Shown in pieces: positions 10,336 to 19,186 of a stretch of DNA of 64,000 bases. This DNA is from an uncultured Acidobacteriota bacterium. Its GTDB lineage: Bacteria > Acidobacteriota > Thermoanaerobaculia > Multivoradales > JAGPDF01. Below the pieces are notes generated by a model, which made no database searches, was not told the origin of the DNA, and saw nothing but the letters and a program-made list of their open reading frames with translations. The DNA lies in assembly GCA_963781755.1 (NCBI GenBank), contig CAWAGZ010000013.1, forward strand, positions 65,749 to 129,748. The letters are read 5' to 3'. How positions within the stretch are numbered: the first letter of the stretch is position 1; every line of letters starts with the position of its first letter. A program made the position numbers and the translations under genes.

Positions 10336-11373
10336 TCACGCCGTCCGGCGCCGGTTCGCGCCGACCCCCACCTCGAGCATCCGGTCGACGGCGCGCCGCG
10401 CCCGGCGGGCGACCTCGGGCTCGACCGTCACCTCGAAGCGTCCGCTCTCGAGCGAGCGCTGGATCTTCGGCAGCGTGATCCGCTTCATGTGCGGGCACAG
10501 GTTGCACGGACGCACGAACTCGAGGTCGGGATACGCGACCGCGACGTTGTCGCTCATCGAGCACTCGGTGATCATCGCCACCCGCCCCCGGGGCCGTGCG
10601 TCCAGCGCCCGGATCATCGCCGCGGTCGAGCCCACGAAGTCGGCCTCCTCCAGCACCGGCGGCGGGCACTCCGGGTGGGCGAGTACGTAGAGACCCGGAT
10701 GCAGCTCGCGCAACCCGCGGACGTCTTCCGCGGTGAAGCGCTCGTGCACCTCGCAGTGTCCGTTCCAGAGCACCAGCTCGACCTCGGTGCGCGCCGCCAC
10801 GTAGTGCCCGAGGTACTCGTCGGGAAGGAAGACGACGCGTTCCGCGCCCAGCGACTCGACGATCTCGACCGCGTTCGCCGAGGTACAGCAGATGTCCGAC
10901 TCCGCCTTCACCTCGGCCGAGGTGTTGACGTAGGTCACCACGGGCGCACCCGGATGGCGACGGCGCAGGCGCCGGACGTCGGCCGCCGTGATCGAAGCCG
11001 CGAGCGAGCATCCGGCGGCCGGGTCCGGGATCAGAACCGTCTTGCCCGGACTGAGGATCTTGGCGGTCTCCGCCATGAAGTGCACGCCGCACTGGACGAT
11101 GACGTCGGCACCGGTCGCGGCCGCCTCGCGGGCCAGCCCCAGGGAATCGCCGACGAAGTCCGCGACGCCGTGGAAGATCTCCGGCGTCTGGTAGTTGTGG
11201 GCGAGGATCACGGCGTTGCGCTCGCGCTTCAGGCGCTCGATCTCGGCGACGTAGCCGGCGACGAGGGCCAGCTCGATCTCGGGAACGACTCCGCGCAGGC
11301 GCTCGCGCGCCGCGTCGAGCGCATTCGCCGTGGCCTCTCGAGGTGCTCTTCCGGTTGCAGGTGCGAAGCTCAT
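10336..11373 (-). CDS. nadA: Quinolinate synthase A.
   Basis: 345 aa; VILAHNYQ...VHFMAETAKIL...CSLA...YVNTSAEVKA...CTSANA...HPECP, the NadA repeats with the cluster cysteines. Confidence 0.9.
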   Translation of the reverse strand: MSFAPATGRAPREATANALDAARERLRGVVPEIELALVAGYVAEIERLKRERNAVILAHNYQTPEIFHGVADFVGDSLGLAREAAATGADVIVQCGVHFMAETAKILSPGKTVLIPDPAAGCSLAASITAADVRRLRRRHPGAPVVTYVNTSAEVKAESDICCTSANAVEIVESLGAERVVFLPDEYLGHYVAARTEVELVLWNGHCEVHERFTAEDVRGLRELHPGLYVLAHPECPPPVLEEADFVGSTAAMIRALDARPRGRVAMITECSMSDNVAVAYPDLEFVRPCNLCPHMKRITLPKIQRSLESGRFEVTVEPEVARRARRAVDRMLEVGVGANRRRTA

Positions 11374-11418
11374 GTCGACTCCCCTGTCGCCGCCCCCGGG
11401 AACCCCGGGACGCGACTT

Positions 11419-11448
11419 ATTCTAGACATGAGCATAACTGCCGGTCAA
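11419..11448 (-). promoter_or_regulatory. Candidate sigma70-type promoter/operator for nadA-nadB-nadC-lipA.
   Basis: Minus-strand reading TTGACC-18nt-TAGAAT about 45 nt upstream of the nadA ATG. The -35 lies in the CCGGTCCCTTGACCGG inverted repeat, and the spacer/-10 forms an imperfect 21-bp palindrome TTATGCTCATGTCTAGAATAA. It is the only AT-rich island in the region. Confidence 0.4.
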
Positions 11449-12503
11449 GGGACCGGCAGGGGGTCCGTCGAGCGCAGCCGCCGGCACCCGGCGCGGGCGA
11501 AGCGGTTCAGCGCCTCCTCGGCCTCGCCGGTGAAGTCGAACCGGAACCCGCCGGGCCCGTTGGGGTCGGGCACCGCCACCGCCGACATGCAGTCCTCGAG
11601 GATCCAGATCCTGCGCGCCCACTCCGGATCGATCGACTCCGGGTCGCCGAGCAGGTCCGCCAGGGTGCTGCGCACGCAGTGGCTCGCCGCCTCCCCCGCC
11701 ACGACCACCGCGTCGGCGCCCCGCAGCCGCGCTTCGAGGGCTCGGTTGCGCCGGCCCAGCGGCCGCCCGTCGAAGCCCAGCAGCACCTCGGGAGCCAGCG
11801 CCGAGTAGCTCTCGGACAGCGGCGTCGCCCCTTTCGGCTCGAGGTGGCCGGGAGAGCGCCGCGCCCAGGCGTGGAACAGGCGCGCCTCCTGGACGACCCC
11901 CGACAGGCAGTGCCCCTCGCCCCCGGCCAGGCAGTGCGGAGGCCAGAGGTAGAGCCGGTAGCGGCCGCCCCGTTCCAGGGCCTCGCAGTAGTCGAGCGCT
12001 TGGCGCTCGAGCCAGCGGGGATCTCCGCCGGGTGCCAACCAGGCGGCCAGCGCGGGATCCGGACGCGCCGCGCCGGACCGAACCTCTTCGGCGAGCACTT
12101 CGCGGTGCGCCGTCAGGGGCCGCCCCGAGGCGTCGACCCAGAACTCCGGAGAGAAGATCTGGAACGGCACGTGGGTGTCCAGGGTGGCCGTGATCTCCGA
12201 GATCCGGTGGAGGTGCCGGTAGATCCACCGCGTCAGCCGGTCGACGTCCTCGAGCGCGCCGTTCCCCGTGCGTCCGCCGACGTAGAGCGAGCCTTGCGGC
12301 AGGCAGAAGTCGCGCTGCACGTCGACCAGCAGCAGGTGGATCCGGGCGCGGTCGTCCGCTGCCGCGGCGATGCCGTGATCGCGCCGCCATTCACGCGCCG
12401 CCCCGGCGAGCGCCGGCAGCTCCGGCTGGTAGCTCCACAGCTCCGTGTTCTCGCGCCGGTAGAACGGCGGGACGGGAAGCTCTCTCGTCGGGCGGCTCGG
12501 CAT
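11445..12503 (-). CDS. Isochorismatase-family hydrolase, probable nicotinamidase (PncA-like) with a C-terminal extension.
   Basis: Internal Met of track ORF 11445..13427: LLVDVQRDFC...(Cys in GEAASHCV), an isochorismatase-like Asp/Lys/Cys arrangement. Sits between pncB and nadA. Confidence 0.65.
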   Translation of the reverse strand: MPSRPTRELPVPPFYRRENTELWSYQPELPALAGAAREWRRDHGIAAAADDRARIHLLLVDVQRDFCLPQGSLYVGGRTGNGALEDVDRLTRWIYRHLHRISEITATLDTHVPFQIFSPEFWVDASGRPLTAHREVLAEEVRSGAARPDPALAAWLAPGGDPRWLERQALDYCEALERGGRYRLYLWPPHCLAGGEGHCLSGVVQEARLFHAWARRSPGHLEPKGATPLSESYSALAPEVLLGFDGRPLGRRNRALEARLRGADAVVVAGEAASHCVRSTLADLLGDPESIDPEWARRIWILEDCMSAVAVPDPNGPGGFRFDFTGEAEEALNRFARAGCRRLRSTDPLPVP

Positions 12504-12529
12504 CGATCGGCTCTCCCCGGGCTCGGGCC

Positions 12530-14011
12530 TCAGCCGCGCGCGGTCACGATCGCCTGCGCCTTGGCTTCGTGGAGACGGCGTTCGAGACCCACCGGATAGA
12601 CGTGCGGATTGAGGAAGCGTCGGATCGCCGGATGCAGCGCGGCCAGCTGCTCGCGGGCGCGCGTGCGCGCCGCTTCGAGCGCCGCCGGCGGCGCCAACCC
12701 CCGCCCCGCACGCACCACCGGTCGCAACAACTCCTCCGGCTCGGCTTCGGGCGGGATCCGGCGGTGGCGGAAGGGGTCCGCCGGATCGAAGATCTCGGCC
12801 GGGTCGCCGACGCCGCGCGTGCGGTCCCAGATCATGTCGGCGAGCAGCGTGCCGTCCGGACGCCGGAAGCGGCGCACCTCGAGGACACCGGGAGTGGTCG
12901 TCTTCGCCGTCTGTTCGGAGAGTTTCAGCCGCGGCTGCCAGGGCTCGCCCGGGCGGCGGATCGCTCCCAGCTTGTACACCCCGCCGAGCGCCGGATCGTC
13001 GCGCGCGGTCGCCAGCGCCGTGCCGACGCACCACACGTCGATGCGCGAGCCCTGCAGCTTCAAGCTCTCGATCAGGTGCTCGTCCAGGTTGTTGCTGGCC
13101 AGGATCTCGACCTCCCCGAGCCCGGCCGCGTCGAGCAGACGCCGCGCCTCGATCGACAGGTAGGCGAGGTCGCCCGAGTCCAGCCGGATCCCCGACAGCT
13201 TCTCGCCCCGCGCCTTCATCTCGAGTCCCACGCGCACCGCCTTGCGGACCCCTTCCAGCGTGTCGTAGGTGTCCACGAGCAGGACACAGTTCCCGGGCTC
13301 CACCCGGGCGAAGGCGCGGAAGGCCTCCTCCTCCGAGTCGAAGGAGGAGATCCACGAGTGGGCGTGGGTGCCGCTGACCGGGATCCCGAACAGCTCTCCC
13401 GCGAGCAGGTTCGACGTTCCCGAGCATCCGCCGACGTAGGCCGAACGGCTCGCCGTGACGCCGCCGTCGATCCCCTGCGCGCGCCGGAGCCCGAACTCGA
13501 CCACCGGCTGACCTCCCGCCGCCTGGACCAGACGCGCCGCCTTGGTCGCGACCAGGGTCGGGAAGTTGATCAGGTTGAGCAGCGCGGTTTCGACCAGCTG
13601 AGCGTCCAGGATCGGCGCGCAGACCCGGACCAGCGGCTCGTTGGCGAAGACCACCGTCCCCTCGGGGACGGCGTCGACGTCGCCCGCGAAGCGCCAGCCC
13701 GAGAGGAAGCGCAGGAAGTCACCGGGGAACAGCGGCCGGTCGTCGTTTCCCCGCAGCGACTCGAGGTAGTCGAGGTCGCACGTCTCGAAGCGCAGGCCCT
13801 CGAGATAGGCGAGCGCCGCTTCGAGACCGCAGGCCACGGCGAAGCCGCCGTGAAAGGGCTGGTCGCGGAAGTAGAGGTGGAACGCCGCCTCCAGATCCCG
13901 CTCCGGACGTCGGTAGTGGCCCAGCGCCATGGTCAGCTGGTACAGGTCGGTGAGCAGGCCGAAGGGCCGGCCGTAGAGCCGGTCCAGGATGGAGGGCGTC
14001 CCGGAGGTCAT
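12530..14011 (-). CDS. pncB: Nicotinate phosphoribosyltransferase.
   Basis: Internal Met ([14 protein letters not shown]...) of track ORF 12530..14680: [11 protein letters not shown]...FGLRRAQG...SGTHAHSWI, a NAPRTase match. Confidence 0.85.
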   Translation of the reverse strand: MTSGTPSILDRLYGRPFGLLTDLYQLTMALGHYRRPERDLEAAFHLYFRDQPFHGGFAVACGLEAALAYLEGLRFETCDLDYLESLRGNDDRPLFPGDFLRFLSGWRFAGDVDAVPEGTVVFANEPLVRVCAPILDAQLVETALLNLINFPTLVATKAARLVQAAGGQPVVEFGLRRAQGIDGGVTASRSAYVGGCSGTSNLLAGELFGIPVSGTHAHSWISSFDSEEEAFRAFARVEPGNCVLLVDTYDTLEGVRKAVRVGLEMKARGEKLSGIRLDSGDLAYLSIEARRLLDAAGLGEVEILASNNLDEHLIESLKLQGSRIDVWCVGTALATARDDPALGGVYKLGAIRRPGEPWQPRLKLSEQTAKTTTPGVLEVRRFRRPDGTLLADMIWDRTRGVGDPAEIFDPADPFRHRRIPPEAEPEELLRPVVRAGRGLAPPAALEAARTRAREQLAALHPAIRRFLNPHVYPVGLERRLHEAKAQAIVTARG

Positions 14012-14016
14012 CGCCG

Positions 14017-15012
14017 TCACCCTTCCGGATGGGGCTCCCGGAGCCCCGGCAGTCCGACGCCCGGCGCCGGACGCTCGCGCAGCACGCCGCGCCGAAAGCG
14101 GAACAGGGCCGCCGGGCGGCCTCCGGTTCCGGTGACTTGGCGCCCGGTGGTCTCGACCAGCCCTCCGCCCTCGACCAGCCGGCGGAAGTTCTGCTTGTGC
14201 AGGCGGCGGCCGGCCAGCGCCTCGACGGTGCGCTGGAGTGCGAGGAGGGTGAAGGTCGGTGGCAGCAGCTCGAAGATCACGGGTCGATATCGGATCTTGC
14301 CACGCAGCCGGCCCAGAGCCGACGCCAGGATCCGGCGGTGGTCGAGAGCCATGGCGACGCCCACCCGCAGGCCCGGATCGGCGACCGCCGAGACCGTCTC
14401 CTCGGCAGAGGTCTCTCCCCGCCCGCCGCCGGCCCGCCACGCCTCCCCGACCAGGCCCGCCTCGTAGACCACTTCGTAGCGGTCGAGGACCCTGTCGCCG
14501 TCCCAGGCCGCGCCGCCGCGCCCGAAACCGAGGTCCACGCGCTCCCTGCGCCGGCCGCGCTCCGCCCCGGCGCCGGATCCCACCCAGCGCTGGAGCGCAG
14601 GACCGAGGGCTTCGTCGAGCACCGCCGGCCGCCCTTCCCGCCAGTCCTCCCAGGGCAGAAAGTCGTACCACGGGCGCCAACCGGCCCGCGCCGACGCCGG
14701 CGGCTTCGCCTCGCGCACCAGAGCCAGATAGGCGATGGAGACGACCCGCGGCCCGCCCGAACGCTCGCGCGGGTCGCGAAATCGATTGCCGAAGGTGTAG
14801 AGCTGCTCGAGGTAGCCCAGCTCCAGGCCGGTCCGCTCGCGCACCCAGCCGCGCAGCGCCAGGTCGAGCGTCCGGTCGCGTGCCGCGTCGAGAGCTCCCG
14901 TCGGCAGCGCCGGCTCGGCGTCGCCCCGGGAGTCGACGATCAGCACTCTCGGCTCCTCCTCGGTCACCGCCACGATCACGGCGACGAGGCCGATCTCGAC
15001 GCGCCGGGTCAC
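14017..15012 (-). CDS. nrtR: NrtR-like Nudix-related transcriptional regulator of NAD metabolism.
   Basis: An N-terminal Nudix-like domain plus a C-terminal winged-helix ([37 protein letters not shown]). Embedded between lipB and pncB in the NAD operon. Confidence 0.7.
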   Translation of the reverse strand: MTRRVEIGLVAVIVAVTEEEPRVLIVDSRGDAEPALPTGALDAARDRTLDLALRGWVRERTGLELGYLEQLYTFGNRFRDPRERSGGPRVVSIAYLALVREAKPPASARAGWRPWYDFLPWEDWREGRPAVLDEALGPALQRWVGSGAGAERGRRRERVDLGFGRGGAAWDGDRVLDRYEVVYEAGLVGEAWRAGGGRGETSAEETVSAVADPGLRVGVAMALDHRRILASALGRLRGKIRYRPVIFELLPPTFTLLALQRTVEALAGRRLHKQNFRRLVEGGGLVETTGRQVTGTGGRPAALFRFRRGVLRERPAPGVGLPGLREPHPEG

Positions 15013-15707
15013 GCGTGCAACCGCGCCTGGGACGCGAATCCCGCGTCGCCCCTGAGATCGCGCTCGAACCGGCCGGCGAAATGAACTACGACGCGCTCGG
15101 CGACGTCGGCGAGCGCCGGCGCCTTGCCGGTCTCGCGCGCGATCGAGGTCATCTCGATCCCGGGCATCCCGCAGGGCACGATGCCACCGAAGAAGCCGAG
15201 CTCCGGATCGACGTTGAGCGCGAAACCGTGGGTGGTGCGCCAGCGCGCGAGGTGGATCCCGAGGGAGGCGATCTTGCGTTCACCCACCCAGACACCGATC
15301 CTCTCCCGCTCTCCTCCCGTCGCCCGGACGCCGAAATCCGCCAGTGTGCGAACCAGGACCTCCTGGAGATCACGGACGTACCGCCGCAGGTCGCGTCGGT
15401 CCGGATTGAGGTCCAGGATCGGATAGCCCACCAGCTGGCCGGGGCCATGGTAGGTGACCTGTCCGCCGCGATCCGTGGCGGCGACCTCGACGCCGCGCTC
15501 CTGCAGCTGCTCGGGCGAGAGCCGCACGTCGGCCTGCGAGGCGTTCCGACCCAGCGTGTAGACGTGCGGGTGCTCGAGCAGCAGGAGCCTCTCCGGTCCC
15601 GTGCCGGCCGCGAGCGCCTCGCGCACCGCGACCTGGAGCGCCGTCGCCTCGTCGTAGGCCACGCGCCCGAGGTCGCTCCACCGGACGATCCGCCGCGCGG
15701 GTTCCAT
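15009..15707 (-). CDS. lipB: Octanoyltransferase (lipoyl(octanoyl) transferase).
   Basis: 232 aa; [13 protein letters not shown]...[20 protein letters not shown]...IASLGIH...HGFALNV. Confidence 0.9.
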   Translation of the reverse strand: MEPARRIVRWSDLGRVAYDEATALQVAVREALAAGTGPERLLLLEHPHVYTLGRNASQADVRLSPEQLQERGVEVAATDRGGQVTYHGPGQLVGYPILDLNPDRRDLRRYVRDLQEVLVRTLADFGVRATGGERERIGVWVGERKIASLGIHLARWRTTHGFALNVDPELGFFGGIVPCGMPGIEMTSIARETGKAPALADVAERVVVHFAGRFERDLRGDAGFASQARLHA

Positions 15708-15859
15708 GCCCGTATTCTAGGGAAGCCCGCTGGTGCCCCTGCCGGTCCCCGGGCCGGCGTCCGATACAATGCCCGGTCGCGCCTCGAGTCGAGCGCGTAC
15801 GTGACCGTGGCGTCCGCCGCGACGCCGCTCCGCCGACCTCTCGTCCGCAGGAGAGCGAA

Positions 15860-16837
15860 ATGTCCCAGGCTCCGGTCCGCGAGTTCATCCGCCGGCACTA
15901 CCGCCACTTCAACGCCCTGGCGCTGGTACGTGCCGCGGAGGACTACGAGAAACACCTGGCCGCGGGCGGCAAGATGATGGTCACCCTCGCCGGCGCCATG
16001 TCGACGGCCGAGCTGGGGTTGTCGCTGGCCGAGATGATCCGGCGCGACAAGGTCCACATCATCTCGTGCACCGGTGCCAACCTCGAGGAGGACCTGTTCA
16101 ACCTGGTCGCGCACGACCACTACGTCATGGTGCCGACCTACCGCGACCTGACGCCGCACGACGAGAAAGCCCTGCTGGAACGGCACCTCAACCGGGTAAC
16201 CGACACCTGCATCCCGGAAGAGGAGGCGATGCGCCGGATCGAGCGGGCGGTCTACGAGGAGTGGGGCGCCGCGGAGGCCGGGGGCAAGAGGCTCTTCCCC
16301 CACGAGTTCCTCTACCGCATCATCCTCTCCGGCCGGCTCCGGGACAGCTACCAGATCGACCCCGCCGACAGCTGGCTGGTCGCCGCGGCGGAGAAGAACC
16401 TGCCGATGGTCGTGCCCGGCTGGGAGGATGCGACCCTCGGCAACATGTACGCGGGCCACGTCCTGAAGGGCGACCTGAAGAACGTCCACACGGTGCGTTC
16501 CGGAATCGAGTACATGACCTTCCTGGCCGACTGGTACCGGCGAGAGTCCGCCGGGACGTCGATCGGCTTCTTCCAGATCGGCGGCGGCATCGCCGGGGAC
16601 TTCCCGATCTGCGTGGTGCCGATGCTCTACCAGGACATGGGGCTCCACGAGACGCCGTTCTGGGGCTACTTCTGCCAGATCAGCGACTCGACGACCAGCT
16701 ACGGCTCCTACTCCGGGGCCGTCCCGAACGAGAAGATCACCTGGGGGAAGCTCGACGTGAGCACGCCGCGGCACATCGTGGAGTCCGACGCGACGATCGC
16801 GGCGCCGCTGATCTTCGCCTGGTTGCTGGGCTGGTAG
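15860..16837 (+). CDS. Deoxyhypusine synthase family protein (DHS-like, NAD-dependent).
   Basis: 325 aa; IISCTGANLEEDLFNLV...GWEDATLGNMYAGH...FQIGGGIAGDFP, the DHS/homospermidine synthase fold. Confidence 0.85.
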   Translation: MSQAPVREFIRRHYRHFNALALVRAAEDYEKHLAAGGKMMVTLAGAMSTAELGLSLAEMIRRDKVHIISCTGANLEEDLFNLVAHDHYVMVPTYRDLTPHDEKALLERHLNRVTDTCIPEEEAMRRIERAVYEEWGAAEAGGKRLFPHEFLYRIILSGRLRDSYQIDPADSWLVAAAEKNLPMVVPGWEDATLGNMYAGHVLKGDLKNVHTVRSGIEYMTFLADWYRRESAGTSIGFFQIGGGIAGDFPICVVPMLYQDMGLHETPFWGYFCQISDSTTSYGSYSGAVPNEKITWGKLDVSTPRHIVESDATIAAPLIFAWLLGW

Positions 16838-16867
16838 GCGCCGCGCCGTCGGCGACGCGCGCCGGGC

Positions 16868-18064
16868 TCAATTCGGGTTCGCCGCGCGGCCGGACAGCGG
16901 CACCCGGACGGCGATCACGGTCCCCTCGCCCTCCGAGCTGCGCACGGACACCCGACCGCCCGCCTCCTCCACCAACCCGCGCACGATCCAGAGCCCGAGG
17001 CCGCTGCCTCGGTCGCTGGGCTTGGTGCTGAAACCGGGCTCGAACAGCCGGTCGATCCGGTCGGCCGGGATGCCGGCGCCCGAGTCCTCGACCTCGAGAA
17101 CCCAGGTCGACCCTGCCTCGACCCGCGAGCGCAGGTCGAGGCGGCCGGCGAGGCCCATGGCGTCGCGGGCGTTGGTCGCGAGGTTGAGCAGGATCTGCTC
17201 CAGGACCCCCTCGGCCACCACGACCTCGGCTCCGGGGGCCCCGGCGGCGAGACGCAGCTCGACCCCGGATCCGACCACCCAGCGCACCAGGTCCTCCATC
17301 TCGAGCAAGTTGCGGTCGGCCTCGACCGCGGCAGCGGGGGCCTCGGCGCGCCGGCCCGAAGCCAGGATGCGGCGGACCAAGCTCGAGGCGACCTGGGCTG
17401 AACGGTCGATCTGGCGGGCGTAGTTCCCGGCCCGGGTGTCCGGCTCGACCGAGCCGCGGAGCAGCTCCGTGTACCCGAGGATCGGCTGGAGCAGGTTGTT
17501 GAGGTCGTGGCTGGTCGCCGCGAGCATGCGGCCGAGGCCGACGAACCGCCGGGCTTCGTCCAACAGCTCGGCCGGAGCCGTCGGCTCCAGAAGACGCACC
17601 CGCAGGCGCTCTTCCGCCCGCTCCCGGCGGGCGATCTCGAAGGCGCAGCGCAGCGCCCGCACCATGTCGTCCACGGTGGCCCGCCCGCGCACCAGCACGT
17701 CCGAACAGCCCTGCGCGAAGGCGGCCTCGGCCAGCTCCTCGACCGGTGCCGCCAGGAAGACCACGATCGGCACCGGGCCGTCCCGATTGCCCAGCGTCCG
17801 CGCCAGGCGGAGCAGATCCCGCTCGGTGACCTGCGACCCCACGAGGATCGCCGGCAGGGCTCCCGCTTCCCGGCTCCGGCGCAGCTCGCCCAGGGCGTGG
17901 TCGGGCGTCGGCTGTTCGACCCGCCTCGCGCCGGTGGCGCCCAGGGCGGTCACCAGCAGGGCCTCGACCGCCCGCCGGTCGGCCGTGTCCAGCCCGACGA
18001 GGATGACCCGCCGCTGATCCACCGTCGGCTCGGGATCGGTCGCGCCGACCCAGGGTCGCTCCAT
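16868..18064 (-). CDS. Hybrid sensor histidine kinase with an N-terminal receiver-like domain.
   Basis: HisKA H-box ATSHDLNNLLQPILGYTELL and HATPase N/G boxes (LNLATNARDAM, DSGAGIP, GSGLGLWIV). Start taken at the internal MERPW; the track ORF runs to 18118. Confidence 0.75.
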   Translation of the reverse strand: MERPWVGATDPEPTVDQRRVILVGLDTADRRAVEALLVTALGATGARRVEQPTPDHALGELRRSREAGALPAILVGSQVTERDLLRLARTLGNRDGPVPIVVFLAAPVEELAEAAFAQGCSDVLVRGRATVDDMVRALRCAFEIARRERAEERLRVRLLEPTAPAELLDEARRFVGLGRMLAATSHDLNNLLQPILGYTELLRGSVEPDTRAGNYARQIDRSAQVASSLVRRILASGRRAEAPAAAVEADRNLLEMEDLVRWVVGSGVELRLAAGAPGAEVVVAEGVLEQILLNLATNARDAMGLAGRLDLRSRVEAGSTWVLEVEDSGAGIPADRIDRLFEPGFSTKPSDRGSGLGLWIVRGLVEEAGGRVSVRSSEGEGTVIAVRVPLSGRAANPN

Positions 18065-18279
18065 GCACTCCTCCTCTCGAGGTAGATACCGTTTCCCCGC
18101 AGGGCCCGAACGTGACACGGATCACAAAAAAAGAGCCGATTCCGGTTCAATCTAGGGAAAACAGAGCTCGCGGGACCCTGGGGTGTCACGATCCGGCCCT
18201 CCCGGGAAACGAATAGAGATGAGGGCCGGGAAGACGGCGTCCGAAAGACGCCCCCGGCCCCGTCGAAAGGAGCTTCGTC

Positions 18280-18498
18280 ATGAGCGCCCACCGCCGCCTG
18301 TTGGGATTCGTCCTCGCCGCAGCCTTGTCGGGAGCAGCCCTGGCCGTCCCGGCCCAAGCCGCCCGGGTTTCGACCCGGGGAGCCGTCGACGCGACGGCAG
18401 CGGTCGATCGGGGGGTCTCCGAGCCCGGATGGCTCGCCAGCGCCTGGTCCTGGCTGACCGCGATGATGGCCGCCGACAGCGGCTACATCGTCCCCTAG
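18280..18498 (+). CDS. Small secreted protein (72 aa, signal peptide) upstream of the ECF sigma factor.
   Basis: A strong SD (AAAGGAG, 7 nt before the ATG); signal peptide LLGFVLAAALSGAALAVPAQA. A structured GC hairpin (~18222-18262) sits in its leader. Confidence 0.5.
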   Translation: MSAHRRLLGFVLAAALSGAALAVPAQAARVSTRGAVDATAAVDRGVSEPGWLASAWSWLTAMMAADSGYIVP

Positions 18499-18658
18499 CG
18501 GGAGCTCGCCGGACCCCGCGACGAACGCCGGGCGGCGGAGCCGACCTCCGTCCGCCCGCGCCGCCCCGCCCGGGGCGGTCGCCCGAGCCTGCCCCGCCAG
18601 CCGGCGGATCCGGGGCCCGAGGTGGTATAGTGCGCCTGTCTTCCGAGGAGGGAGGCAC

Positions 18659-19186
18659 GTGCGCCAATCGGTCGCGGGTCGACAGCCAGACGATCTGACC
18701 ACGGTGCTCGAGCACCTCGAGCCCGAGCTCCGTCGCGTCTTGCTGCGCTTCCGCATCCCCGCGCAGGACGCCGAGGACCTGATCCAGGACACGCTGCTGG
18801 TCTTCCTCACCAAGCGCGCGAGCATCGAGTCGCCGGCGCCCTGGCTCCTGGCGACGCTGCGCAATCGCTGCCTGGTCTACTGGCGCAGCCGCCGCCGCCG
18901 GCTGATCGAAGCGATCGACGCCGGCCTGCTCGAGGTGGTCGCCGGTGGACAGCAGGGGAACCAGGACCGACGCGACCTGGCCCGCGACCTGTCCGGCGCC
19001 GTCTCCCAACTCCCGAATCGCTGCCGCAGCATCCTCCGGCTCCGCTACGGTCTCGAGTGCGGCGCTCCGGAGATCGCCGAGCGCCTCGGCTACCGCCCCG
19101 ACACCATCCGGCAGGCCACTTTGCGGTGCCTCTCGGCGCTCTCGAAGCAGCTCCTCTCGACCGGCTACGCGAAGGAGGCCGTGTGA
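18659..19186 (+). CDS. ECF-type RNA polymerase sigma-70 factor.
   Basis: Sigma region 2 (DAEDLIQDTLLVFL) and region 4 (ILRLRYGLECGAPEIAERLGYRPDTIRQ); a GGAGGGAGG SD before the GTG. Confidence 0.85.
   Translation: MRQSVAGRQPDDLTTVLEHLEPELRRVLLRFRIPAQDAEDLIQDTLLVFLTKRASIESPAPWLLATLRNRCLVYWRSRRRRLIEAIDAGLLEVVAGGQQGNQDRRDLARDLSGAVSQLPNRCRSILRLRYGLECGAPEIAERLGYRPDTIRQATLRCLSALSKQLLSTGYAKEAV

Noticed and set aside
11442-15745. The shared 14-mer CCCCTGCCGGTCCC in the nadA and lipB upstream regions as an NrtR operator.
   Set aside because: At this GC content exact 14-mer coincidences are expected by chance within 64 kb, and the element is not palindromic. It is mentioned but not called as a site.
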